Positions 17,252-26,880 of a stretch of 45,648 nt of DNA are shown here, one piece after another. The notes under the pieces are model-generated. The model searched no databases. It had not been told where the DNA came from and saw only the letters and a list, made by a program, of their open reading frames with translations. Source of the DNA: Gemmatimonadota bacterium (GTDB lineage: Bacteria > Gemmatimonadota > Gemmatimonadetes > Longimicrobiales > Gaopeijiaceae); contig JBDHHQ010000031.1 in assembly GCA_039589315.1 (NCBI GenBank), forward strand, positions 1 to 45,648. The letters are read 5' to 3'. Positions within the stretch are counted from its first letter, which is position 1; each line of letters begins with the position of its first letter. Made by a program: the position numbers and the translations under genes.

Positions 17252-19405
17252 TCATTGTACGCGCTCCTCGTCAAGGATGTCGATGGAGCGGATCCTCCAC
17301 GAGTCCGCCACCGGGACGACGACGACCCGGGCATCGTACCGGTTCTGCCTGAAGTGACGATGGCCGAAGTGGGTCACGGTCCCGGACACGGTCCACGAAG
17401 CCTGGGCGTCGAAGCCTCCGTCCGGCGCGGGTGAGACCGAGGGCACGTCCAGGACCTCCACGGCCTCTACCCTGGCCCGCGCGCCGCCCCGCTCCTCCAT
17501 CTCGAGGGCTCGGCGATGCTCGAGGTAGATGTCCGTAAGGGTCGGCCCCGTGATGCTCACCGCCAGGCGATCGTAGGCGGCGGATTCCTCCCGGTACTCG
17601 AAGGCCCGGTAGACGTTGGGCAGGATGCCCGCGAGGATTCTGCGCGCTTGCCCCTCGCTGGGCGCGGACCCCAGGGGAAGCGCGACCGCAACGTCCGCCA
17701 CCGGGCCCAGGAGCACTGCGACCGCCAGGGCCACGCGCGCGAGCCCGATGGGCCAGGCAGCCCCCTTGCGCCGTAGGCTCACGGCCAGCAACGCGAGGGC
17801 TGCGAGGACCACGAACGATAGCAGAGGCACCGGTACGCGCACCGGCTCCACCGCGACCGCCGACACCGTGGGCACCGGATCCTCGGCCAGCTCGTTCACC
17901 CACCGAAGCGTCGGTGATTCAGCCGTGAGCAGAGCGGCCCGCGAGACCTCGGGATCGATGACCGTTCCGGGCATCTCCGGAACCATATCGAAGTCGGTCC
18001 AGGTGAACGCAACGCTCTGGGCGGTCGAGGGGGTGATGTGAACGAGCGTGACCCCGACGTATGCCCGGTCCACAGGCTCGGGCACCGGCGTGGGCCGGGG
18101 CAGGACACCCTGCAGATCGACCGTCATGAAATCGATGCGTTCCACCCGACTCGTGACGGCGTCCCCGTCCACCTCCAGGAGCTGCCTGCTGTTCACGAGC
18201 TCCGCGACTCGGGTCTTGACCGCCGGCTGCTCCTCGACGCCGATCGTATCCACGCCAACCAATTCGATCTCGGAGGCGACGTCGCCAAGCCGGACCAGCA
18301 CCTCGTTCCGCACCTCGAAGGCCTCGACCGCTACGAAGCTCTGGATCGTGGCGTCCGGGCTCTGAGGGGACACCCGCCGGGAGGCCTGGGCCCGGGTGCC
18401 TCCCCCGCCCAATCCCGGAAGCGCCCCGGACGCGGCGGCCGAGGACTCGGCGCTCACGGCAGCACCCATGGACCAGACCGCGAGCCCCACAGCCACGGCT
18501 CCCACGCCCCCGGCGTACGCGAAGGTGCGGGGCAGCCCTGCGCTCGCCACGATCAGCTTCGCCCCCGCCCACGCCAATGCGACGAGCGTCACGTCCATGC
18601 CCAGGACGCCGAGGATCGCCGCTCCGCTTCCCTCGGCGGTCCTCACCCAACCGAGGCCGTGGACGACCCCGACGACCACCACGAGAGGAGCCAGCATGGA
18701 TCGCTCCTGTTCGGGCCGGAGCGCCTCCCTGGCCAGAAGGAGCGTCGCGAGCGCCAGACCGATTTCGCCGAGTGGAGCGTCGATCCCCACTCCGGCGGCC
18801 GAGAGCGCCACCGCCCCGAGCTGCCCCAGACCGAATACGGTGATGAGGGTGAGACTGCCCAGGGCGAGAACCACAGCCAGAAACAACAAGTCCACGCCCG
18901 TCTCGAATACGTGCCCCATGCCCTCCAGCACCGCGCCCTGAGCCTCGCGGAGTGGGGCGTCCACGGCGGCGGCGGGCGGAACCTGCCAGGTGGCCTCTGT
19001 CGGTGCGAGGAGAGTCGCGTGCCTTTCTCCGGACAGGAGCTCGATCCTGAGGACCGTGGAAAGGGACGGGTTTCCGAACGGGTAGTCGATGGTGATTTCC
19101 TGCCCGGAGAGACCATCCGAGCAACGGAAGACCTGCCGGTTCAGCCAGGAGCCCGGCTGCTCCTGGATGGTCCGTTCCCCTTCGGCCACGCAGGAATCCG
19201 GCAGTCGGGGGGTGGGCATCGCCTCGGGCGGCAGCAGCTGGGGAACCTGCCACTGCACCAAGAACCTGCCGGGCTCCTGCTCGCGGAGCTGCACCTGCAC
19301 GGGGCGGACGTCGTCGCCCCATGCGACGTCCGCAGCCAGGGCGAGCATCCCAACCACGAACAGGCTGAGGGCGGTGCGGAGGAGGGAACAGGAGCTCCTC
19401 GACAT
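17252..19405 (-). CDS. HupE/UreJ-like membrane protein fused to a large uncharacterised C-terminal region
   Basis: Signal peptide, periplasmic domain, GMGHVFETGVDLLF and VHGLG (degenerate HupE_UreJ_2 motifs), then a soluble domain, two TM helices and a C-terminal YRAFEYREE...HFGHRHFRQNRY domain. Confidence 0.6.
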   Translation of the reverse strand: MSRSSCSLLRTALSLFVVGMLALAADVAWGDDVRPVQVQLREQEPGRFLVQWQVPQLLPPEAMPTPRLPDSCVAEGERTIQEQPGSWLNRQVFRCSDGLSGQEITIDYPFGNPSLSTVLRIELLSGERHATLLAPTEATWQVPPAAAVDAPLREAQGAVLEGMGHVFETGVDLLFLAVVLALGSLTLITVFGLGQLGAVALSAAGVGIDAPLGEIGLALATLLLAREALRPEQERSMLAPLVVVVGVVHGLGWVRTAEGSGAAILGVLGMDVTLVALAWAGAKLIVASAGLPRTFAYAGGVGAVAVGLAVWSMGAAVSAESSAAASGALPGLGGGGTRAQASRRVSPQSPDATIQSFVAVEAFEVRNEVLVRLGDVASEIELVGVDTIGVEEQPAVKTRVAELVNSRQLLEVDGDAVTSRVERIDFMTVDLQGVLPRPTPVPEPVDRAYVGVTLVHITPSTAQSVAFTWTDFDMVPEMPGTVIDPEVSRAALLTAESPTLRWVNELAEDPVPTVSAVAVEPVRVPVPLLSFVVLAALALLAVSLRRKGAAWPIGLARVALAVAVLLGPVADVAVALPLGSAPSEGQARRILAGILPNVYRAFEYREESAAYDRLAVSITGPTLTDIYLEHRRALEMEERGGARARVEAVEVLDVPSVSPAPDGGFDAQASWTVSGTVTHFGHRHFRQNRYDARVVVVPVADSWRIRSIDILDEERVQ

Positions 19406-19434
19406 CAGAGCATCGCTATGTTGATGTTTTGATG
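19403..19434. promoter_or_regulatory. Inverted-repeat operator and -10 element for vapBC
   Basis: CATCAGAGCATC...GATGTTTTGATG inverted repeat (10/12) flanking TATGTT at 19417-19422, immediately before the antitoxin ATG; no RBS, so possibly leaderless. Confidence 0.55.
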
Positions 19435-19435
19435 C

Positions 19436-19684
19436 ATGAGAACGACACTTACCATCGAAGACGACGTCGCCATCCGCATCGAGCGGATTCGTGAAGAGCG
19501 TGGCGGTACGCTCAAGGCCGTTGTCAACGAGGCCCTCCGGCGTGGCCTCGACGCCATGGAGCGACCCAGCGAGGATCGTCCTCGGTACAGAATCGAACCG
19601 GTCGATCTCGGGCGCTGCAAGGTACCCAACCTGGACAAGACCTCGGCCGTCTTGGCCTTCGCCGAAGGTGAAGATTACCGGTGA
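19436..19684 (+). CDS. vapB: VapB-type antitoxin (ribbon-helix-helix)
   Basis: MRTTLTIEDDV...LKAVVNEALRRGL; GTGA overlap with the PIN gene. Confidence 0.85.
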   Translation: MRTTLTIEDDVAIRIERIREERGGTLKAVVNEALRRGLDAMERPSEDRPRYRIEPVDLGRCKVPNLDKTSAVLAFAEGEDYR

Positions 19685-20108
19685 TCCTGGTTGACACCAA
19701 CCTCCTCGTCTACCCGTGGAACGCCGGTTCCCCCCAGCACGCTCGAGCGGCCGAGTGGCTCGAGGACCGCCTCAACGGTGTGGCAGCCGTGGGCCTTCCG
19801 TGGGCGAGCCTACTTGGCTTCGTGCGCCTTGTGAGCAATCCCCGAGTCTTCGATGGCGCGATGCCAGTCGAGCCGCCTGGTGTCAGGTAGACGAATGGCT
19901 CGCCCTTCCAAACGTGTTCGCGCCCGAGCCCGCCCAGCGCCATCGCGAGATCCTGCGCACGCTCGTGCCCGAGATCGGTCGCTCCGAGCACGTGCCCGAC
20001 GCCCATCTCGCCACCCTCGCGATAGAGTACGGGCTGACGCTCCAAACCACCGACCGCGACTTCGCCCGTTTCAGCGGGCTGAAGTGGGAGAACCCGCTGG
20101 AGGCCTGA
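19681..20108 (+). pseudogene. vapC: VapC PIN-domain toxin, frameshifted near 19872
   Basis: First frame MILVDTNLLVY...GFVRLVSNPRVF...PVE stops at 19890; the other frame continues AAWCQVDEWL...VPDAHLATLAIEYG...TTDRDFARFSGLKWENPL. Adding one G (GAG GCC GCC TGG) restores a full PIN domain. Confidence 0.85.
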
Positions 20109-20285
20109 TCCGGGGCGAATGTGGCCTCCTGGGTGCCGATCGGGACGTCCTTCACATCGGCCGGATGAGCACGAAAGCGATGTTGCCGCGCTGGTCCGCC
20201 GTAGCTCTCGTCCGCCCCATTGCCGCGTTCGCTCCGTCCGCGGGTGTCGGCGCCCGATGCCGGACCGGCCGTAGGTATCAGGATC

Positions 20286-21266
20286 TCATTGCCCGTAGAC
20301 CGTCCCGAAGTCCCGGGCCATGGAGACCACGACCCAGCCCCGGTCGGCCGCCTCGTCAAGGCCTCGATCGAGCCGGCCCACGTGAGACTCCCGGTCGTAC
20401 GCCCATTCGCGCTCGGCGTCGTCGTGGTGGAGGAGGAGACCCAGCCGAGCGCCGTCACCGGTCGTTGTGTACTCCAGCATCTCGAAGTCGCCGTCGCTGT
20501 TGCCGAACGCCAAGATAGGCCGCCGCCCGATGTGGAGGTTGATGTTGACCGGCTTGACGCCCTTATCGTCGAAGCTCCCCACTTCGGGCAGCTTGAGGAT
20601 GGTGGGGGCGTTCGGGTCTGAGAGGTATTCGGCGGCGGTGCTGCTACCGATGACCAGTTCCGGCGGGATGCCGTACGCCTCCTGGGCGAAGATCCTCAGG
20701 AACTCGACGCCGCCGCCGGACACGATCCAGGTCTGGAAGCCGTTGGACCGGAGATAGGTCAACAGCTCACGCATGGGCTGATAGGTGAGCTCGCGGTACA
20801 ACCGGTCGAAGCGGGGATGCCGGGCACTGTCGAGCCAAGCTCGGGCGGTCTCCCGGAACTCGCTCACCGTCATCCCGGAGTGGGTGGCTGCCACGATCTG
20901 CATGAGCTCGGAGGTGCCGAAGGAAGACAGGGCCTGCTGGTCCCCTTCGACGACCGCGCGGAACGGCTCCTGCTCCCGCCATTCGGGGTGGTCTTCAGCG
21001 GTCGCCCGCACCCGGTCGAGGGCGTAGACGAGCTGGAAGTAGAGGGGCTGCTCGGACCACAGCGTGCCGTCGTTGTCGAACACCGCCACACGGTCGGCCT
21101 CAGGCCGATGGTCGGGATGGGCGGTGTCGGTCACCCGGTCGACGAAATCCATGATGGCTGCCTTCGCAGGACCGTCGTTCCACGAAGGCAGAGGATCCGC
21201 TTGGGCTGGGGGCTCACACGCCAGCGATGACGCGGCAAGCAGCAAGATAAGAGCTCGATGTGTCAC
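20286..21266 (-). CDS. Exported HAD-superfamily hydrolase (nonspecific acid phosphatase-like), possibly a lipoprotein
   Basis: GTG start at 21266 after GGGAG; LAC lipobox-like; DPLPSWNDG, VFDNDGTLWSEQP, IVSGGG, AFGNSDGD, HHDDAEREWAYD. Confidence 0.87.
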   Translation of the reverse strand: MTHRALILLLAASSLACEPPAQADPLPSWNDGPAKAAIMDFVDRVTDTAHPDHRPEADRVAVFDNDGTLWSEQPLYFQLVYALDRVRATAEDHPEWREQEPFRAVVEGDQQALSSFGTSELMQIVAATHSGMTVSEFRETARAWLDSARHPRFDRLYRELTYQPMRELLTYLRSNGFQTWIVSGGGVEFLRIFAQEAYGIPPELVIGSSTAAEYLSDPNAPTILKLPEVGSFDDKGVKPVNINLHIGRRPILAFGNSDGDFEMLEYTTTGDGARLGLLLHHDDAEREWAYDRESHVGRLDRGLDEAADRGWVVVSMARDFGTVYGQ

Positions 21267-21371
21267 CGATTCGCTCCCTGGGTGATCGACGGCGCGCCGG
21301 GCACCGCCCCGCGCAGCCGGGTCAGGTCGACTGTGGACCGGGGCGGACGCCCCGCCCCGGCCCCACACCCG

Positions 21372-22067
21372 TTAGCCGACCAGGTCGGCGAGATTCTCCT
21401 GCAGCTTGTCCCACTTGCTCTTGGCCCAATCGGCAAGGTCGGCCACTCCCTGAGTGGTCCGGATCAGGGCGTAGTACGTCGCCACCGTTTCCCAGTCCAC
21501 CACGTTGAACCAGCTCTTGATGTAGTCGGGACGGCGATTCTGGTAGTGCAGGTAGTAGGCGTGCTCCCAAACGTCGATCCCCAGGATCGGTGCCTTGCCG
21601 GACGAGACGGGATTGTCCTGGTTGGCCGTCTTCTCGATGGTCAGGCCGCCATCCCGGCCCACGCAGAGCCATGCCCAACCGCTACCGAAAACGGAGCCGG
21701 CCGCCGCGCTGAACTGCTCGTGGAAGCCGGCGTAGGACCCGAACGCCTCGTCGATAGCGCCGGCAAGACCGCCCGTGGGCGTACCACCGCCGTTCGGGTG
21801 CATGACGGTCCAGAAGATCGTGTGGTTCAGGTGGCCACCGCCGTTGTTCCGTACGGCGGTGCGGATGCTCTCGGGGACCTGGTCCAGGTGCATGACCAGC
21901 TCGAGGGCGGTCTTGTCCTGGAGCTCCGGGTGCCCCTCCAGGGCAGCGTTCAGCTTGTTCACGTAGCCCTGGTGATGCTTCGAGTGATGGATCTCCATGG
22001 TGCGGGCGTCGACGTGGGGTTCCAGGGCGTCGTAGTCGTACGGGAGAGACGGCAGTCTGTGGCTCAT
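21372..22067 (-). CDS. sodA: Superoxide dismutase, Mn-type signature, with C-terminal extension
   Basis: [43 protein letters not shown]. Confidence 0.93.
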   Translation of the reverse strand: MSHRLPSLPYDYDALEPHVDARTMEIHHSKHHQGYVNKLNAALEGHPELQDKTALELVMHLDQVPESIRTAVRNNGGGHLNHTIFWTVMHPNGGGTPTGGLAGAIDEAFGSYAGFHEQFSAAAGSVFGSGWAWLCVGRDGGLTIEKTANQDNPVSSGKAPILGIDVWEHAYYLHYQNRRPDYIKSWFNVVDWETVATYYALIRTTQGVADLADWAKSKWDKLQENLADLVG

Positions 22068-22245
22068 GGTCTTCTCGCGGTTCTGGTCAGCGATTCTTCA
22101 GCGCGGTCGGCGGGGGGACCGACAAGAACCCTCTTGCGGCGGAATGGATCCGACTGGCCTCGGGCGAAGAGGAGCCCCGAGGCCGTCGGGCGTCCCGTCG
22201 GGTTCGACCGATCGGGCTTTGCCATCCGTGGCGCCCAGGGCCGCG

Positions 22246-22291
22246 CGCGAAAAGGACCGGCCGACGCGGCGGCCGAGCCGGTCCTTTCGCG
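22246..22291 (-). terminator. Probable intrinsic terminator downstream of the sulfatase
   Basis: AAAGGACCGGC (22251-22261) / GCCGGTCCTTT (22277-22287) 11-bp stem with short T runs on both strands. Confidence 0.6.
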
Positions 22292-22318
22292 GTGCCCTTT
22301 CTCGTGCCTTTCCCCGAA

Positions 22319-23878
22319 TCAGCCTCCCGGGGGCGCAAGCTTCTCCATGACCTGGTCCAGGCTGAAGCTCGCTGCCCGTTGCCGGGGCGGGTACTCCTGG
22401 AACGTGGCCAGGAAGCGGCCCACGTATTGCTGAGCGGGCACCATGAAGAACACGTGGTCCAGCAACCAGTCGTAGTACGTGTTGGACGTGATCTGGGCCC
22501 GCTCGTACGGGTCGCGGCGGAGGTTGAACATCAAGGGGACCCGTAGCGGCGTGAACGGATTGGCCCAAGCCTCGAACGTGGCCTCGACCCTCTGCTCCAT
22601 GAAGACGAGCTTCCAGTCGTCGTAGCGAAGGGCCGTCAGATCGCCGTCATCCGAGAAGTAGAAGATCTCGTGCCGGTCGGTCGTCTCGGACTGGCCGGTG
22701 AGATGCTCCGTCAGATCGTACCCGTCCAGGTGCACGCGGTAGTCCCGCCCCAGGGTCGGAGACGTGTACCCGTCCAGCAGGTCGGTCTTGATGTCTCCCG
22801 CCCCGGCGACCGTGGCGAACGTCGGGAACCAGTCCATGTGGTGTACGATCTGGTTGGACACCGAGCCCGCCGGGATCTGTCCGGGCCAGCGCACCATGGC
22901 CGGCACCCGCCAGCCGCCCTCCCAGTTGGTATTCTTCTCGCCGCGGAACGGCGTCGAGGCGGCGTCGGGCCAGGTGTTGTAGTGGGGGCCGTTGTCGGTG
23001 GAGTAGAACACGATCGTGTTGTCGGCGATGCCCAGTTCGTCCAGCAGGTCCAGGAACATGCCGATGTGCATGTCGTGCTCCACCATGCCGTCGGCGTACT
23101 CGTCCTGGCCGCTGATACCCCGGAGCTCCTCCTTCACGTGGGTCCGGAAGTGCATGCGGGTGCCGCTCCACCACACGAAGAAGGGCGTGCCGCTGGCGAC
23201 CGCGTCCCGGATGAACCGCATCGCCGCCGCCGACGTCTCGTCGTCCACCGTCTCCATGCGTTGCCGGGTCAGCGGTCCCGTGTCTTCGATTCTGCCGTCG
23301 GCGAAGGAGTGGATGACGCCCCGGGGGCCATAGGCCTCCAGGAAAGTGCGGCCGTCGGCCAACACCATGTCGCGGGGGTAGTCCTCGAGCTCGGGCTCCT
23401 CCTCCGCGTTCAGGTGATAGAGATTGCCCAGAAACTCGTCGAAGCCGTGGTTGGTGGGCAGCATCTCGTCCCGATCGCCCAGGTGGTTCTTTCCGAACTG
23501 CCCGGTGGCGTAGCCCTGGTCCTTCATGATCACGGCGATGGTGGGGTCCTCCACCCGCATGCCGAGATCGGAGCCGGGCAAGCCGACCTTCGACAGGCCG
23601 GTACGGAACACGCTCTGTCCCATGATGAACGAAGACCGACCGGCGGTGCAGCTCTGCTCGCCGTAGTAGTCGGTGAAGATCATGCCTTCGTTGGCGATGC
23701 GATCGATGTTGGGGGTCCGGTAGCCCATCATGCCCATGGTGTAGGCGCTGATGTTCGACTGGCCGACGTCATCGCCCCAGATGACCAGGATGTTGGGGCG
23801 GTCCTGGGCCAGGGCCGAAGCCGCGGACGCCGCCATGGCGACGACGGCTACGGCGCTGATCCTCGCAAGCCTGCTCAT
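22319..23878 (-). CDS. Exported arylsulfatase (Cys-type formylglycine-dependent, S1)
   Basis: ATG 23878 after AGGAG; signal peptide; PNILVIWGDD, SCTAGR, FGKNHLG, STDNG, GEKNTNWEGG. Confidence 0.93.
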   Translation of the reverse strand: MSRLARISAVAVVAMAASAASALAQDRPNILVIWGDDVGQSNISAYTMGMMGYRTPNIDRIANEGMIFTDYYGEQSCTAGRSSFIMGQSVFRTGLSKVGLPGSDLGMRVEDPTIAVIMKDQGYATGQFGKNHLGDRDEMLPTNHGFDEFLGNLYHLNAEEEPELEDYPRDMVLADGRTFLEAYGPRGVIHSFADGRIEDTGPLTRQRMETVDDETSAAAMRFIRDAVASGTPFFVWWSGTRMHFRTHVKEELRGISGQDEYADGMVEHDMHIGMFLDLLDELGIADNTIVFYSTDNGPHYNTWPDAASTPFRGEKNTNWEGGWRVPAMVRWPGQIPAGSVSNQIVHHMDWFPTFATVAGAGDIKTDLLDGYTSPTLGRDYRVHLDGYDLTEHLTGQSETTDRHEIFYFSDDGDLTALRYDDWKLVFMEQRVEATFEAWANPFTPLRVPLMFNLRRDPYERAQITSNTYYDWLLDHVFFMVPAQQYVGRFLATFQEYPPRQRAASFSLDQVMEKLAPPGG

Positions 23879-24206
23879 GTTGACTCCTGTTCGGTGATTC
23901 TGCGTTCCGGCGTCTCGTGACCAACCGATGCGGGATGTGACGGAGGCGGGGTCCGGCGGGGGGGGCGATAATGGGCTCCGCGGAGGGCTCTCGCAAGGAC
24001 CCGCACGTGGTCTTTCACGGTGGGGAACGCGGGCGCCGAGCAAGGGCGGATGACGCACCCCGCACTTCAGGCGCAGCCTCGCCCTGGCGCCTCGAGCGAT
24101 CCACGCGGGTGGGTACGGCCCCCTGTCGACGAGACCGCGTCTCCCCCGCTCATCAGGCACCGCTGAATGGCTGAATTTCACGGCGAGGGGACCCCGGTCG
24201 TTCGAA

Positions 24207-26693
24207 GTGCAGAGCGGCAGTGTCTTTGGACCGGGGGGGGATATGACAGGGGCGTTTCGGGGTGCGGGACACGTGATGCGGTATTGGCTCCAGAAGCCGG
24301 TGTACGCCGCGATCATCATCGCAACCCTCAGCATCGGGCTCGGCGTCAACGCGGCCGTGCTGAGTTTCACCCGCGCCGTGCTCACCGGCGCCGTTCCCTT
24401 CGAGGACGCCCACAGGATCGTCCGCGTCTTCGAGGCCAATCACAGCCAGGAGGTCGAGGACATGGAGTCGTCGATCCCGACCTTCCAGGATTGGCGTGGA
24501 GCGACGCCATCGTTCGAGGAGATGGGCGCTTCCTCGGCTCCGATCAACGTGGTCCTGCGGACCGGCGATCGCTACGAACGTGTCCGATCCACGCTCGTGA
24601 CGCCGTCACTGTTCCGCGTCACGGGCGCGCGTGCCGTCGCCGGACGCCTCCTCGACGGGGGCGACGACCTCCGACCGGGCGGACACGCCGTGGCGATGAT
24701 CGGTGAGGCATTCTGGCGCTCCCACTTCAACGGCGATCCGGCCGCCATCGGGGCGACGCTCACCCTCAACGACGCCCCGTACGAGGTCGTAGGCGTATTG
24801 CCCCGCGGATACCTGGACGTGAGCGACCCCGCGGGGCGGACGGACGTGTGGCTGCCCATGATGATGGCACCGGTGATCATGGGTAGAGACGTGTACAACC
24901 TCCGCGTCCTGAGGGCGTTCCGCGTGCTGGGGAAGCTGCGCGAGGGCGTCACGGTCGAGGTCGCCCGCAACGAGCTGAGCGACGTCGAGACCCGGCTCGC
25001 GCGGGTCCACCCAGAGTCACAGGAAGGCTGGTCCGTGAGGGTCGTTTCCATTCGGGAGGACCTCCTGGGGTCACTCCGGGGTCCGGCCATCGCGCTTCTT
25101 GCCGGCGCGGGCCTTCTCCTGGTCATCGCGTGCGCGAACGCCGGTTTCCTGCTTCTGCTCAGAACGGCGGAGCGGCAGGGAGAGTTCGCCCTCCGACTCG
25201 CGTTGGGCGCGAGTGCCGGGCACCTGGTACGTCGGCTGGCCGGGGAAGTACTCGTGGTCGTGGGCGCCAGCGCCCTCGTGGCGTTGGTCCTCGCAGCCGA
25301 GGTGATGCCTGCCGCTGCGCGGAACCTCCCTGCCAACGTGCCCGGTTTCGTCGGCGTGGCTCTGGGCGGCCCGGCGGTCCTTGCCACGCTGGCCGTTTCG
25401 ACTCTGATCGTCGTGGGCCTCTCCATCCTGCCGCTCGCGCAGAGCCGGCGGCTGAGCCTGACCTCGGCGTTGAGCGGCGGCGGTCGAGCGTCACGAGCTC
25501 GGGCGGTTTCCGGGCTCGAGCGAGGCCTCATCGTATCCCAGGTCGCGACCGCGTCGGTGCTGGCGTTCGGGTCGATTCTGCTGCTCCGGAGTCTGGGCGC
25601 CCTTCAGGCGGAGGACATCGGTTTCGAGACCGATCGCCTCCTCACGGCCCGCGTGGACGTGACCGCAGAGTCGCGGCCGCCGGAGCAACTCCCCACCACC
25701 GCCCGGGAGTTGCTCCTGGCGGCGAGATCGACCCCCGGCGTGGCGACGGCGCATCTGTGGTCGCCCCACGTGCCGGGCGAGGCCGTCTGGATGAGCCGTT
25801 TCCGCGTGGAGGACCGGCCGGAGCTGGCGGATCACGAGATCCCGGGCGGCCGTATCCACGGCGTCACACCGGGCGCGGCCTCTGCCATCGGCATGAGCTT
25901 CGTCGAGGGACGGGATATCGACGAGGCGGATCTGACGGCCGGCCGGCGCGTGGCCCTGGTGAGCGAGACGGCAGCCCGAGAGCTGTGGCCCGGCTCTTCC
26001 GCCATCGGAAAGCGGCTCCGAAAGTGGAACTGGGACGAGTGGGTCACCGTGGTGGGTGTCGTGAAGGACGTGCGCCACGCGGGGCGGCAGGGTCCGGGAT
26101 CTGAGTTTGCCCGCGATTTCTACTTTGCCATGGACCAAGCGGCGGAGCTGGGACGTGATCTGGTTGTTCTGGCCAAGCCCGTGGGAGGCCTGGACCCCGG
26201 CGGCCCCGCGCTGAGGAACGCTCTCCGAGAGGCTGCGCCGGATCTCCCCGTATACGATCTCCAATCCATGGCCTCTCGGCTCCGGCGGCAGGAATCCGTT
26301 CCCAGGCTCACCGCGTTCCTTTCGAGCGCTTATGCGGGAGTGGCCCTGATCCTGGCCGGCCTGGGACTCTACACGATCCTCACGTACGCAGCGGAGCGGC
26401 GACGACGGGAGATCGGACTCAGGATGGCGCTGGGTGCGTCCGGGGCGCTGATCGCCACCGAGCTGACGCGGGAAGGGCTCAGGACGGGGTTCTTGGGGGT
26501 GGCCATCGGCCTGGTCGGGTCACTGGCGGCGGCGTGGGGGCTGCGCTCCATCCTCTATCGGATCGGCCCGGTGGACCTACCCACCTTCCTGGCAGCGGCC
26601 GTCCTCCTGCTCACCCTCGCCCTGGCCGGGAGCGGTATTCCCGCCGTTCGGGCGGCGCGATCGAACCCGGCGCAGCTTCTCCGGGGAGAATGA
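24207..26693 (+). CDS. ADOP-type duplicated MacB/FtsX ABC permease
   Basis: TLSIGLGVNAAVLS, IACANA...EFALRLALGAS, RRREIGLRMALGA; two MacB_PCD-FtsX repeats. The start is uncertain (24207 or 24243). Confidence 0.88.
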   Translation: MQSGSVFGPGGDMTGAFRGAGHVMRYWLQKPVYAAIIIATLSIGLGVNAAVLSFTRAVLTGAVPFEDAHRIVRVFEANHSQEVEDMESSIPTFQDWRGATPSFEEMGASSAPINVVLRTGDRYERVRSTLVTPSLFRVTGARAVAGRLLDGGDDLRPGGHAVAMIGEAFWRSHFNGDPAAIGATLTLNDAPYEVVGVLPRGYLDVSDPAGRTDVWLPMMMAPVIMGRDVYNLRVLRAFRVLGKLREGVTVEVARNELSDVETRLARVHPESQEGWSVRVVSIREDLLGSLRGPAIALLAGAGLLLVIACANAGFLLLLRTAERQGEFALRLALGASAGHLVRRLAGEVLVVVGASALVALVLAAEVMPAAARNLPANVPGFVGVALGGPAVLATLAVSTLIVVGLSILPLAQSRRLSLTSALSGGGRASRARAVSGLERGLIVSQVATASVLAFGSILLLRSLGALQAEDIGFETDRLLTARVDVTAESRPPEQLPTTARELLLAARSTPGVATAHLWSPHVPGEAVWMSRFRVEDRPELADHEIPGGRIHGVTPGAASAIGMSFVEGRDIDEADLTAGRRVALVSETAARELWPGSSAIGKRLRKWNWDEWVTVVGVVKDVRHAGRQGPGSEFARDFYFAMDQAAELGRDLVVLAKPVGGLDPGGPALRNALREAAPDLPVYDLQSMASRLRRQESVPRLTAFLSSAYAGVALILAGLGLYTILTYAAERRRREIGLRMALGASGALIATELTREGLRTGFLGVAIGLVGSLAAAWGLRSILYRIGPVDLPTFLAAAVLLLTLALAGSGIPAVRAARSNPAQLLRGE

Positions 26694-26880
26694 CCCCGGG
26701 GAAGCACTCCCGCGTTGCCCCACCTCCGACCGTTTCGATAACTTCAGGCGCCCCCCACGAACGCCGCGACGGAGCCGCCCTCAGACGTCGCCGCGGCTCC
26801 GCGTCTCCCGAGCCCGCGAGGACTCCGCAGCGTGAGAGCTCGAGAGACGTGAGGCTTCCCAGACGTGAGGATTCTCTGAG

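Noticed and set aside
21338..21360. GC hairpin after sodA as a terminator
   Set aside because: No U tract and such stems are common at this GC content, so it was not called.
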